A stretch of DNA of 38,244 nt from Vicugna vicugna (Eukaryota): positions 1-38,244 of the forward strand of contig MU057419.1 of the NCBI GenBank assembly GCA_013265495.1, written 5' to 3'. Within the stretch, counting starts at the first letter, position 1. Each line of letters starts with the position of its first letter. Under the pieces are notes generated by a model. The model saw only the letters and a program-made list of their open reading frames with translations. It was not told where the DNA came from and did not search any database. A program made the position numbers and the translations under genes. Positions 12,996 through 25,880 of this stretch are shown piece after piece.

Positions 12996-13669
12996 CTTGT
13001 TTTCCAGCCAGGAAAACAGAAACTAGTCTAAGTATTTTATACAGAGAGAACTTAATATAAAGTGTTTATAACAGGTGATAGAGGAACTGAGAATTGAAAG
13101 AAGAGAATTAATGGGGTGACCCAAATGATTAAAAAAAATGAAACAGTAAGCTGTTTCCATGTCTAGACTGGAAGAATTCAAAAAGAAGATAGTATTTTTT
13201 ATTACTAATTTTTTTATTAACTTATACTCAGTTTACAATGTTGTGTCAGTCTCTGGTGTACAGCAAAATTCTTCAGTCATACATGAATATGCATATATTC
13301 ATCTTCATATTCTTTTTCACAGTGAGCTACCATAAGATATTAAATATATTTCCCTGTGCTCTACAGTATAAACTTGTTTATCTATTTATATGTACCAGTC
13401 AGTATCTGCAAATCTTGAACTCCCAGTTTATCCCTTCCTACCACCCTCTCCACTGACAACCACAAGTCTGTATTCTATGTCTGTGAGTCTGTTTCTGTTT
13501 TATATACAAGTTCATTTGTCTTTTTTTTTAGGATTCCACATATGAGTGATGTCATATGGTATTTTTCTTTCTCTTTCCTGCTGACTTCACTTAGAATGAC
13601 ATTCTCCAGGGCCATCCATGTTGCTACAAATGGCATTATTTTATCTTTTTTATAGCTGAGTAGTACTCC

Positions 13670-13700
<31 letters not shown>

Positions 13701-14005
13701 CAAAATTAATAGTATTATTGAACCCAGAGACCAGCATTATTCAGCAGAAGTGGAACCAGAGACAGCGTGTGCTACAGAAGCTGGAAAGAATCAGTAGTTC
13801 CCTGAGATGTCCCATGAAGCAGAGAGAGAAAAAGACTCTGTTCCAGCCCCCACCTCCTACTAATATTCAGCCAACGCCTTCCATTGGCTGAATGAATGTA
13901 GGAGCCAGAGGACAAGAGAGATTGCAAAATTGTATTCCCTTCAGTCCATACAGGACAGGAGAGAAATGGAATGGATCTGAGGTGAATAGATAGCTGTCCA
14001 GCTGA
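12995..14005. mobile_element. ERVL-MaLR (MLT1-like) LTR interrupted by an L1
   Basis: Start ccagccaggaaaacagaaact..., ccttccattggctgaa, end ggatctgaggtgaatagata. Confidence 0.5.
13196..13672 (-). mobile_element. 5'-truncated LINE-1 3' end, followed by a (CA)n at 13673-13700
   Basis: Minus-strand ORF ...DKIMPFVATWMALENVILSEVSRKEKEKYHM matches the L1 3' end. atagtatt is present on both flanks. Confidence 0.93.
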
Positions 14006-14314
14006 TGCTTACTTATCCTGATAATTTCTCTCTCTCTCTCTGTGATCACACATTGTATCTTCCACAATTAATGACAGTTTTATTACTTCCTTGTCAAAGC
14101 TTAGACTGTTTATTTTTCTTGCCTTATTGCACTGTCAGATGTGGGAAGATTTATTGGCTCAGAGACCATCAAAGCATTCTGAGTGGCCCTCAGAGCTTTT
14201 GGACCAATCCACAGGCTCTTCCTGGACATCGCAGGCCTATCTCATTAGGACTAACTCTGCCGACCTCATTTTTGGAATTTCAGAGCTAGAAGAGTTGGAA
14301 GGAGTCATCCTGTC

Positions 14315-14528
14315 CAGGCGTGGGCAAACTACATCTCTACAGCCCTTGGGTCAAATTCAGCCTGCTCCTTGTTCTTGTAAATTAAGTTTTATTGGGACAT
14401 AGACACACTTCCTTGAGTATGAATATCTGTGGCTGCTTTTATTTGAGTAGTTGGACAAAGACCATGTGGCCCTCAGAGCCCCAAATCTTTCTTACACAGC
14501 TCTTTACAGAGTAAGTTTGCCATCCCTG
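14315..14528 (+). mobile_element. MER58A-like hAT-Charlie element
   Basis: Inverted termini caggcgtgggcaaact ... agtttgccatccctg, with internal gtaaattaagttttattgggaca. Confidence 0.8.
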
Positions 14529-14534
14529 ATGGAG

Positions 14535-14660
14535 TCCATCCTCTTCATCTGACAGGTGAGGGAATTGGTCACCACCCACGGTCACACAGCTGCTAGTGGC
14601 AGAGGGTGGATTAGATCCTAGACCTCCAGACTCCCAAATGAGTGTTGTTTACACTGCACT
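14535..14660 (-). mobile_element. MIR fragment
   Basis: ggtcacacagctgctagtggcagag...gattagatcctagacctccagactcccaa. Confidence 0.65.
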
Positions 14661-16849
14661 GTAGAATGAAAAGCCTCTCCCTGGTCCAACATGAAAGTCT
14701 GTGTTGTAAGTTGGGGCATATCCTGGGCAGGATGGAGGTCCTAATGTGGAGATGGGCGGGGGCCCTACCAATCAGATGGGAGGCCAGCAGATGCGGTGGC
14801 ACAACCCTCCCGACGGTCATGAGCTTTCTCTCTGTCAACGGGTGAGACCCTGACAGTAACAGCTCTCCTTGCCCTCGGAGCAATACAAACAGGGAGAAAC
14901 GTAAAAAGCGAGCCTCTTCTCTTCTTGTCCGAAGCCGTCTCACTCACAAGCAGTACCAGGACGATGTTAGGTTCTTCCACTGAAAGTATCAGACAAGTTA
15001 AATTTGTTAATATCAACTGGGAAGTATCATGTTACTGTGTTTTGAAAGTTAAAGGACCTGGAATTATTATTTACTCTCCTTGTTGCCATTGTTCACAGCT
15101 CCCAAGGCATAGAAAGCATTCAGCTAAATTCTCAAGTAACGCTGTTGGGTGAGGGATTCAGGGAGAATTTCTACTGAAACAGGAATGATCTCACGTTTGC
15201 TTTTCTCAATATTGAGGCTTGAGCTTTCTTCTCTTTGAAAAGGCATAATTATTAAAGAACACGTTAAACTATTTTACATTTTTTCCTTTCTCCTGTTCCT
15301 TAATCTCCCACATTTTCACTGTTTCTAATAAAGCACAGGAGTCTTGAAGTGGAAAGACTGATTCTGGGTATCAAGTTTGTCCTTATTCTTCGCTGTTTGC
15401 CGCTGCGTTGTTTTGGGGTTTAATTGCCAATTACTGTAAAAGAGCATTTACTTAACTAGATATTCTTGTAAGTGAGGACCTCATAGTAAGACTGATAAAG
15501 AACTTAACTTGATTTCTGTTAACCTAAACTTGTCATTTACTTTTTTTTTATTACTCTCTAGAAGAATTCTCTTTCTTAAAGTTCCCTTCAAGTTCTTCCT
15601 GCTCTGACATCTTTGCAAAACTATGACTTCAGATGGAAAATTTTAGAACCCAAATGTTGGATTTAATTTTTTGAAACTCTTGAGGAAGAAGTGAGAAGAG
15701 ACAATTTGAGGGGTTTGCCATGTTATGATTTTTGAAACTCTGGAACAAGCAGTTGTACATTGCATAAGGTTTTCATTATGCTGTGATTCCAAAAAGGAGG
15801 CTGGATGCTTTGCTTCAGAAGTGGAGGAGGGGGGCAGGTGACTTTAAGTTAAGCACGAAATCAACTTTGACACGGGTCCCCAGAGCCAACAACCTGCACC
15901 GATCCCCTCCTGACTTTGTAGTGGAAAAGTCGTGGGCTTTGACCATCCATTACTGAAATGAGGCCACAGTTATGGTAATTTCCAGATTTCTCTCTCTTAA
16001 GGTTCTAACTTCTTGACCAAAGACAGTATAGCTGGTTCCCCCACCCCCATAGTTCCTCCTAGTTGATTTCTGAGAATCCTCAGCAGCTTGTCTGTCTTAC
16101 CTCCAGCCATTGCCCGCACCTGCTGTTGGCAGTGGAAGGATGTCACAGTATCTCCCCCACCGAACTCACAGGTACCCGTAGCCCCACACCCCCACCTCAT
16201 TCAGACGTTTCCTCCTCTTCCCTCTCCTCATCTGCTGGTGCCTCAATCACTGCTGAGGCCAGACTTCAGCTCAGTGCCAGACTTAGAGCTCAATGCCTTT
16301 TCCACTTGAGTGGAACTGGAGGCCTGGAGGGTCTGCGGTGATCCAACATTTGAAGGGAAAAGGATAAGGTTCCGTTAACACCATGCCTCTCACACCATGC
16401 ACCTCGCACTGTGCCCCTCACACCGGTTGGGTGTACATCCCCGCCACCCCAACATCACAGTTTTCCCAACCTGTCTTGATCTGCAATTCCCTTTTATATG
16501 AACAGCTCTAATTAAGATCTCGCTGGCTTCATGGAAGATTTCAGCCAAGTCATCTTCAGGATCATGGTATTATGAGTTGAGATAGCACCCTTCTCTCTGA
16601 AGGATGTTTGGTCCGTGTAAGTGTCAGAGTTCTTAACGGTCTAGCTCTTTCAGTTCATAAGATGCCACTCCCAGGGCCCCTCCCCAACCAGGGGCTTCAT
16701 ACACATCCAGAGCAGCTAGAGAGAAGCAAGTGCAGAAACCAGCTGTGTCAGAGGTGTGCCCAGGGGAAGCCCGTGGATGGGCTGGGCTGGATGCAGAGCT
16801 AGGACCTTTGACTTAGAGGGAAGCAAATGCTTTAAAAGATGCTACATTT

Positions 16850-17516
16850 TTTTAAAATTTAAGTATAGTCAGTTTACAATGTTGTGTCAATTTCTGTTGT
16901 CCAGCATCATGTTTCAGTCATGCACGTACATACACAGATTTCTTTTCATCTTCTTTTTCATTACAGGTTACTACAAAGTATTGAATAAAATTAACCCTGG
17001 GGTATACTGTAAAGACTTGTTGTTTATCTGTTTTATACATAGTAGTTTGTATCTGCAAATCCCGAGCTCCTAATTTATCCCTTCCCACCCACTTTCCCTG
17101 GTAACTGTAAGATTGTTTACTATGTCTGTGAGTCTGTTTCTGTTTTGTGGATGAGTTCATAGTGTCTTTTTTTTTCAGATTCCACATATGAATGATATAT
17201 GGTATTTTTCTTTCACTTTCTAGCTTTCTTCACTTAGAATGATGATCTCCAGGTCCATCCACCTTGCTGCAAATGGCATAATTTCATTCTTTTTTAGGGC
17301 TGAATAGTATTCTATTGCATAAATATATCACAACTTCTTTATCCAGTCATCTGTCAATGGACACTTAGGTTGCTTCCATGTCTTGGCTATTGTAAATAGT
17401 GCTGCTGTGAACATTGGGGTGCAGGTGTCTTTCCGAATTAGAGCTCCCTCCAGCTCCATGCCCAGGAGAGGGATTGCTGGGTCATAGGGTAAGTCTATTT
17501 TTAGTTCTTTGAGGAA
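16850..17516 (-). mobile_element. 5'-truncated LINE-1 with 16-bp target-site duplication
   Basis: Same family as 4487-5735. TSD aaaagatgctac(a/c)ttt at 16834-16849 and 17517-17532. Confidence 0.95.
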
Positions 17517-17780
17517 AAAAGATGCTACCTTTGATTGTCTTCTCTCTGTGACTCAAAACCCTGTATTCCTATTGATTCCTTCCACCACAATCTTAAAAAG
17601 GATTGCATCACATGTTACCGTAAAAAATGCTGCCACTCTTGGATGACATGCTTAGAGGGAAACTGTTGCCCCTCTCATCCCCTGTCTCAGTTACCTTCTG
17701 GACTCCTTCATTGTATTCAGAGCAAGTGCCACTCTGTATTTCAGGTTTGGTGCTGAGTCTGACTTCTAAACCTTTATGGC

Positions 17781-18200
17781 CAGCGGTCCTTAATTTTCAG
17801 TGCCGTGGACCACTTTGGCAGTCGGAAGCCTGTGGACCTTTCTCAGGGTTGCTCACTGAAATGCATAACATTAAATACATAGAATGATAAAGGAGCCTAA
17901 TTCGAATGAAATATAGTTGACCAATTATTTTTAAACAATTTCCTGCTTGTTTATTTACACATTTAATGACAAGATTCAGTGGAGGTTCTAATAACCAGTT
18001 TTGAAATAGTGATAAATTGATACTTTAAATGAACAGCAATGACTGTAACATGATAGGAAAATATCTGTGTTTTCTCTTAATGACAAAGTCACAGGTACTG
18101 CTAACACTGCTCTGGTTTGTGACAGAAGGAAATGCTATACTGCTGTTAAAGATTAGCGATAATGAAGGTGCATGTTTTTTTCCCTCTGCAAGTTCCTGAT
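17781..18200 (+). mobile_element. Charlie4a/MER80-like hAT DNA transposon
   Basis: gtgccgtggaccactttggcagtc...agcctgtggacctttctcag...aaatgcataacattaaatacatag...gacaaagtcacaggtactgctaa matches the recalled consensus. Confidence 0.7.
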
Positions 18201-18804
18201 TTGGGATTCACTGGTTAGTGTGTGAGCTCCGGGCAGGCTTCCTGTGGTCCTTTCAGTAGTCTGCTCTTGGTCAAGGTCATTACAGTCTAGGTGCCAGACT
18301 GTGGTGTCTTTGGCCCTTGAAGGGATCAGTGTTTCTGGCTCCCTGATTCAAGTAGTGTTTTTTGCCCCTTAGGAAATTAGAGGATACCAGTTGGTACCTA
18401 GCGGCGGATGCTGCTTGGCTACCCAGCTAAGAAGAATCTAGCCTGCAAGGGCAGATGGGGCTTGGGCAAGTGGGGAGGACAGCTGGCAACCACTTCTCTC
18501 TCTGGCAGCATCGTAACCCAGCTACCCCCTCCCCCACAGCTGTGAGGAGGTTCAGGCCTCCTGGTGCTTCTGCAGGGTAGACAGAGACCGTTCCATCCTC
18601 CCTTACAGAACACCTGCATCCCAGCAAATCTGGTTCTCTCAATGTCTTCTCTCCCTTCCCACTTCTGTGCCTTGCCATGTGCTGTTCTCCACCCCCCCAG
18701 AAGGTACCTCCCTCCCATCACACAGAGGAGCTGAGATCTGGGGGCGTGGGGGTGCCTGGGGGCTATTTGCTTCATTTTCTCACTTGATTAAAATACCCTC
18801 TTGC

Positions 18805-19028
18805 CTTGAGGATTAACAGACACACAATACTGTATATAAAAGAGATAAACAACAAAGGCCTACTGTACAGCACAGGGAACTATTCAATTTCTTATAATAA
18901 CCTATAATGGAAAAGACTCTGAAAAGAAAAAATATATATGTATGTATATCTATAACTAAATCACTTTGCTATACACCTGACACTAACATTGTAAATCAAC
19001 TACATTTCAATAAAAAGTTTTTTAAAAA
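18805..19028 (+). mobile_element. Short LINE-1 3' end
   Basis: ataaacaacaaaggcctactgtacagcacagggaact...ttgtaaatcaactacatttcaataaaaa. Confidence 0.85.
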
Positions 19029-22000
19029 TCCCCCTGCGAATGGCTACATTTATGTTGTGAATCTGCACTAACCTTCTGGGGAAAATGTATAATATTTATT
19101 TAAAGCTATTTACCAATCTATCCAGGCCCTGTTGGAACCCATTGCCTCTTCCTTGATGCCTCCCCTGATACCTTCAGAACCCAAGGACTCCTAACCTGGT
19201 TCTCAGCTTCCCCTGTGCTCATCACAACCTGTGTGGGATTGATGGTTTCTCTCATCTCTTCCTCCAGATCATAAGTCCTTTGGAGAGTGCTTACGTGTTT
19301 ATTTATTGACGTGTGCTTCCAGTACCCAGCTTAGTGTCTTGCACATAATATCCTATTTTATCATATTCTACTTATGTAATTAATATGCCAGAACGTAAGT
19401 CCTTAAGGAAAAAAAAAACACTTGTGGCAACATTTTGACTGTAAATGATGATTGATAACAGTTGGGTTGAATTCATACAAGTTTGTCTTGAAAAAAGCCA
19501 CTACTTACTGTAATAAGAGCCATTATTTGGGAGAGGGCATTCATACCCACCTGTGCATCAGACTGGCCTCAGCCTAGACCTCTCTTGGCTCTGTACCAGC
19601 AAGGAGGAGCTTTTTGTTAATCAGAATTGGCCAGGCCATTTGTTGGGTTAGAGGTTGGGAAGGAAAGTCCTCCCTGCTCTGTGGACTCCAACCATCCTAG
19701 ATTATGGAGGGGACAGGTAAGGGTTAGGGGAGGAAGAAAGAACTTGGGTCTTGGAGCCTATGCTGTGTTTTCCAATCTAACCTTTGCCAAAAAGTCACCG
19801 TACTGCGAGTACTGGAAATCTTCCTAGTTCTTATTTAGGTTGTACTTTGCTTCCCAGGCTTCTGTTATATTTTGCACATCACTCCCTTAGTCCAGACTTC
19901 CTCAGGAAAGTTGGGTGAACAAGGCAGGAACTGGTTATTTCTGGATCTTCTGCCCATAAGTCCATCAGAATTTCGCCAGAATCTCACCTGGAACTGAAAC
20001 ATCATGGAGGAGAACCACAATGGCGAGTCGACTGTAACCTGTTTATTACCAGGGCAGCTGTGTTTTCTGTTGACTTTGGGTTTTAGAGCATCATGAAAAA
20101 CGATCCAACTTCATCATACTGATGGCAGGAAGGACTGTTTGCAGGCTCTAGACCCTCACGGCAAGTGTGGGCTGGATTTGGAGATTTGTGCAGTGAGAGG
20201 TGATGCAGACGACACAGACTTTCGCTGAGGATGTTTCTCCCCGTGTTCAGTAACGAGGAGAGCAGATGGGGTTCACCATGGGGGGAGGACTCGTTCTACC
20301 TGACGAGGTGATCAGGGGAATCCCGGAGGTGGCATTTCCGGGTGACGTGCTCTGGGGGCACCTCGCTCATATGTTACTCATCAGCATGTATTTCCTTTTG
20401 CTGGAGCCGTGACCTGGTTTTACAGCTTATCCCGCTGTGATATAAACTACAGGGACAAAAATCCACCGACATCATGGAAGAATGCACGTGGAGTACCCAT
20501 GGCATGGTCTGGTAAGATCTCAAAGCTTTAGAACTTAAGCTTCTTACGCCATGAACCACATTTGGGGTTTACCCTCCTCTTTGGAACACTGTCCCTCCGG
20601 CCGTAGGTAGCAGTCACGGATGCTGGGGACAGGGTTAACCAGCTGGCAGCATCTAGGGTTTAACTCAGCAGTTTTCCAAGTGAAAGTTTCTTGGAAGTTC
20701 TTAAATATTTTATAAGCCTTTTTTTTTGTCCAACAATGTATTGCAGGAATCAGGTGAAACAGAAGGGAGATTGTGGTCTGTGGGAAATGAGGCCTTGAGC
20801 TCCAGGGGCATAATTTTCTTCACCTGTGATAACTTGTTTTAATGTCCAAAAGCTTTTAAATCAATTTGTGGGCCTTAACTACTCCTAGGGGGAAATGTTT
20901 TGCTGAATTTCTTTTCCTGTCCTTTTCTTCCAACATGAAATTGCAGGTGGTTTTCAGAATGCTGGTGAAACTAGAGAACCCAGGAGAGTTCTGGAAATAA
21001 GCAGACTTGGTCCTGTAGGCTCTGTCATCCATGTGGAAATGGCCAAGAGGGAAGATGATACACTTTTGCACTGGGCTCTACAGAAAGTTAGCCAGAGAGT
21101 GCCGGACATGTACTGGGTATTTCAAAGACAACCAGAACCAGAATCGGGGTCTCCTGCCTCAAACGTGATCATCTTATGACATTCCTCACCCCGTGCCTCA
21201 CCTATCACCAGGAATCATCACCCTTCATCCAGTGCAACGTGGCAGAATAATGTGCTGAAATGTTGGGTTGTGCCTTTTGTCCTTGTGCTCTTCCTTTCCC
21301 GATCCTTTAAAAAGTGAGGGTCCCTCGGTGTGACTCTGAGCCTTAGGAATCCTGCCTGGGTCTGAAGTTGTGTGGCTGGAATGCAAGACTGGTCTTTGGG
21401 AATGGTGTCAGCCAGTTGCAGAGGGGGCCTTGAGGAGGCGACAGGTTTTGAGGACCAGGAGAGAGGAGGGAGAGGACCCCAACAAGGAAGGGAGGAAGAA
21501 GCCCACGAGCAAGATCTCTGCAGGGGACCTGTGTGGCAATTCCATGGCTGTGTCCCTAGGAGGTGACAGCCCTCAGGGAAAGACGTTGTGTCCTTAGGGA
21601 CTTAGCCCCATCAGAGGTTCCTGTGATCTGGACATAGTAATGAGGTAGGAGCCAAAGAGATGGAGAAGGATCAGGACAATGGACAGCTCCGTGGTAACTG
21701 TGTGGACAACCATCCAGCCAGGGGGAAGATTTCTTGGCACAACTCAGGAGAAGAGCCCATGTGGCTGAGAGGAGAGGGCAAGGTGGAGGGTGATGCAAAG
21801 CACATAGAGAAGGAAGCTCTCCTGGTACCCAGGCCTGTCCTGATGCTCGGCTCAGTTCACAGGCTTCTTGAAACCAGAATTACCTGGTTGGTTTCATCCA
21901 TCACCCCTCAGGGAAGCAGCCCTCTTCCTGAGGGTGAATGCATAGGGTCTCATCTGCTTCCATCCTCCTCCCCTCCCCCTTTCCTTCCTGTCCTTTCTTC

Positions 22001-23072
22001 TGCTGTGATGAAGGAAGCCCAGAATAGGCATTTATCAAGGGCTGCCAGGGAGACAGGAGCATCAGGCTCTCCCACTCAGTAACCGTGTGACTTCGAGTGA
22101 GCCACCAAATCAGGCTAGGCCTGGCTTGCTTCCTTCATAAAGGGCATAAGAGCCACTCCCAGAGGACTGTGGGGAGGGACACTGTCTGTCGGCAGAGCAG
22201 TGATCGCAGCCCCTGTCTCAGTTCACAATGGTCCCTGTGCGGGTTGTTATGTCCCTGACACTGGGACTCGGTAGTGAACTAGTCAGGGTCCCCGAGCTCA
22301 CGGAACACCCCTCATGCCCTTGGCTTCTGCCTCGGCTCCAACTCCCTGGACACACGTGCCTGCCGGTGTGGTTCTCATCCGTTCATCTCCTACTGAGCAC
22401 ATCCTTGTACTCCCACAAGAGAGTCTCCCAAGAATGGCAAGTAATTTTCCAAGGCTTAAGTTAGAATGAGTCTGTCATAAAGAATATTATTAAAGCAGGA
22501 GGAAATCTTCCATTGAAAACATATCAGTTGAAAAAAATGTGAGCTGCGTTCTTTTTGCTGTTCTTGAAGTTAATAGTAAGACTTGGATGTAAACTTCTAA
22601 TAGTTTATGGTTTGAATGCATACACTTTTTTTTAGGCTATAAGCTAAAGTAAAATCACTGACAATATACAGTCCTCTGACAGGTGACACTTCATTTCTTA
22701 CTGGTTATAATACTCTCTTTCTTCTCCATTTGGGAATTCTTGCATTTTTACCTCCAACATCTCTGCAATATTTAATTACATTCTGTGTACCGGTAAGTTG
22801 GCCATGAGGCTAATAAAATTTAAACTCTAGGATCTCTTATTTGCAGGGGCCTTTCTAAGACCTTATTTTTAATTGGGTTACTATAATTTGTATTATTTTT
22901 CTTAAAAAAATGACTTCAGTGCAGACCCCACAAAAGCTGGGGCTGTTCCTGGTTCTGTGGGAAGATCTTCTGTCCCATTGGTGGGAGCTGGGGCCACTCA
23001 CTGTGCTTGCTGTTTTCTGTGAAGTGAACTTGTGGCTCACATCACTGTTGTGGCTGGCAGCTTCCCCTCCAC

Positions 23073-23155
23073 TTTTTCAGTGGAAGCACTGGGGAACCCA
23101 GGGCCTTGTGCATGCTAAGCCTGCATTTTACCACTGAGCTATACCCTCCCCTCTC
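23073..23155 (-). mobile_element. Vic-1-like SINE head fragment
   Basis: gaacccagggccttgtgcatgctaagcctgcattttaccactgagctataccctcc, homologous to 1833-1970. Confidence 0.8.
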
Positions 23156-24009
23156 TGGAAAAACTTTTTATGTAACTATATCTAAGATATCTTTCTATCC
23201 GGTACATATAGGTCTAACTCATTCTTTTTTTAACTCTTAGGTAATTTTCATTCATTATTTTTCATTGATTTTTATTTTATTTTATTTTAAATTTCAAAAG
23301 TCATTTATTGAAGTAGAACTTACATTCAATAAAATTCACCCCCAAATTTGATACATCCAATCACCACTGTAATCAAAGTGTAGAACAGTTCTTCAAAACT
23401 CCCCAAGCCCTTTGCAACAGACTCCTCCCTGACCCTTAGGAATCCAATCATCTTTCAAAGGGGTCAAATTCAATCATTAGCATGATCTATTATAGAAAAA
23501 AATTGTAAGCACATAAAGTTTTTAAAAGGGTACCTTGGGACATATAATCTTTAAAACAGTCAAAAGAAATGGGACTTAAAATTAAAGTGGTCGACAAAGT
23601 TGTCTTATGGAAGTTGTAGACTACATCAATCTAGTTACTGTGTCAAGCTCCAGGCTGGGGCCGGTTGGTAGAAAAACTATTTTAAATAATAGAATTGAAT
23701 TCTACAGACATTCTCTATGGGGCAGATATATGCTGTTACAGATATTTGGCACCTTCTCAAAAGCTCACCTGTTACCACTATGAAAGGGACAAAGGAAGCC
23801 AAAACCTCTATTCCGTGTGTATCGATCGTCACACGTTCAAACAAACCTCATCTTCTTGAAAAGTTTCTTTCAAGCACCAGCCCTGAAATTTGTCAGCATC
23901 TTGAACTGGGCTGAGCCAAGTCGTGCACCATGGCAGAAAGGCTCATTGAGTTTTAAATTAGCCATTCACCAATTAATAATATTCACGCTGAGAAGTCAGC
24001 TGATAATCT

Positions 24010-24990
24010 TACGAGAGTTCCCTTGTAACACACTAGTTGCTATTCTCTTGGTGCTTTTAAGGGTCTCTCTTTATCCTTAATTTTTATCATTTCAATGATA
24101 ATGTGTCTTGGGGTGGACCAGTTTGAGTTCGTCCTGTTTGAGACTGTCTGTGATTCCTGGACCTTGGTGTCTGTTTCCTCTCCTAGGTTAGGGCATTTTT
24201 CTGCTATTATTTCTTCAAAGTCTATGCTCCTTTCTCCTCTTTTTACCTCCTGGGATCCCTTTAACACTTGATATGGTCCCAGCGTTCTCTTAAACTATCC
24301 TCATTTTTTAAAATTCTTTTTTCTGTTTCCTGTTCACCTTGGGTGATTTCCACCTCTCTGTCTTCCAGTTCTCTGATTCCTCCATGTCACCTAATCTACC
24401 GTTGATTCCTTCTGGAGTGTTTTTAATTTCCAATTTTGTATTCCTCAGCTCCGTTGGGTTCTTTATAGTTTCTGCCTCTTTCCTGAGCTTCTCACTGTGT
24501 CCATCTGGTTTCCTCTGGATTTCACTGAGCATCTTTACCTTGAATTCTTTATCAGGTAGATTCCTTATCTCCACTTTGCTTTGTTTTTCTCCTGGGGTTT
24601 TGTCTTGTCTCTTCTTTTGGAACATATTCCTCTGTGTCCTCATATCCTAATTATCTGTGTGTATGTCTACGTATTTGGTATATGGGTTCTGTTTCCCAAT
24701 CTTCGAGAAGCAGACTTACATAGGAGATATCCCATGGGGTGCTGCAGCACACTCCCCTCTGGTCAGCAGAGCTACGTGCTTTAGGGGTGCCCCTAGGTGG
24801 CCTGCCTGTGCCCTTCTGTTGTTGCCAGGACAGTGATTGTGGGTGTGCTGGTGGGCAGGGCTGGCCCGCCCAGCCGGCTGCCAGGCCCAGCCTCCCATGA
24901 TGGCTGTTGGCTTACCGGTGGGCAAGGCTCTGTCATGGCCCAATTGGCCATGTGGCTGTGGGGGGTGCTGGGGCTGACACTGGCCTCCTG
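24010..24990 (-). mobile_element. LINE-1 5'UTR/ORF1 fragment, antisense, frameshifted
   Basis: Minus-strand ORFs 24308-24643 (QRNMFQ..QDKTP..EIRNLPDKEFKV..EIKNTPEGINGRL) and 24040-24267 (FEEIIAEKCPNLGEETD..VQESQ..TPRHIIIEM.KIKDKER.LKA) resemble L1 ORF1p. Confidence 0.88.
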
Positions 24991-24994
24991 GTGT

Positions 24995-25880
24995 ATGAGT
25001 GATTACGTTGAACCCATAAATCAATTTAGGGAGAATTAGCACCTGAAAAAAATGGAATCTTCTGACCCATAAACATGGTATATCTCTCCATTTGTTTTAT
25101 CTTTAATGTATTTTAGCAATATTTTGTCATTTTCAGTATACAAGTCTTGCACAACTTTTGACAGATTAATCCCTAAATATTTCATATTTTTGATGTTACT
25201 GTAAATGGTATTTTTTGTTAATTATAATTTGTTAATTGCTAGAATATAGGAAATATAATTGATTTTTGTATTTGCTCTTTTTTTCCTGTAACAATACTAA
25301 ACATTTACTACTTTTGATAACTTTTCTATAGATTCATTGGGATTTCCTACACAGACAATCATGTAATTTGCAAATGTAAGGAGTTTTACTTCTTTTACCT
25401 TCTAGATGCCTTATATTTCTTTTTCTTGCCTTATTACACTGGCTAGATTCTCTGCTACAGTTCTAAATAGAAGTGATGAGAATGAACATCCTTTCTTTGT
25501 TTGAGTGTTAGAAGAAAAGTATTTAGTCTTTCATCATAAGCATGATGTTAGCTATAAAAATTTATGGATGTCTTTTCTCAGGCTGAGGAGATTCTCTTCT
25601 ATTCCTAATTCTCTGAGAGTTTTTTTTTTAAATCAGGAATGAATATTGGATTTTTTTCAAAATATTTTTGCTGTATCTATTGAGATAATCATATATTCTT
25701 TTTCTTTTTTCTGTGTGTTAATATGATCAATTACATTGGTTGATTTTGGCTTGCTGGTATGTTGATTGGGATTTTTTTAAATATTTAAAAAAGAATTAGT
25801 ATCTTTCCAATAATGAGGTCTTCAATTTATGAATCTTGTTAATGTTTTGTAGCTTTTTGTGTAGAGGTCTGCATGTGTTT
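24995..25880 (-). mobile_element. Older L1M ORF2 fragment, antisense
   Basis: Motifs such as tcaatttagggagaat, tttcttgccttattacactggctag, aatagaagtgatgagaatgaacatcct. Confidence 0.8.

Larger units (their letters stand above)
15339..22792 (+). pseudogene. Candidate decayed multi-exon gene or spliced lncRNA (unidentified)
   Basis: Exon-sized segments in non-repeat DNA flanked by AG acceptors and consensus-like donors: 15339-15467, 15562-15690, 16506-16616, 20087-20160, 20426-20511, 20947-21086 and 22636-22792. Most have stops in all three frames. Confidence 0.3.

Noticed and set aside
20120..20122. In-frame TGA as selenocysteine
   Set aside because: No SECIS element or selenoprotein-family context is recognisable. 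CGA>TGA decay or chance is simpler.
21370..22082. Purine-rich ORFs up to 140 aa
   Set aside because: No recognisable domain or flanking splice structure; consistent with chance ORFs in GC-richer DNA.
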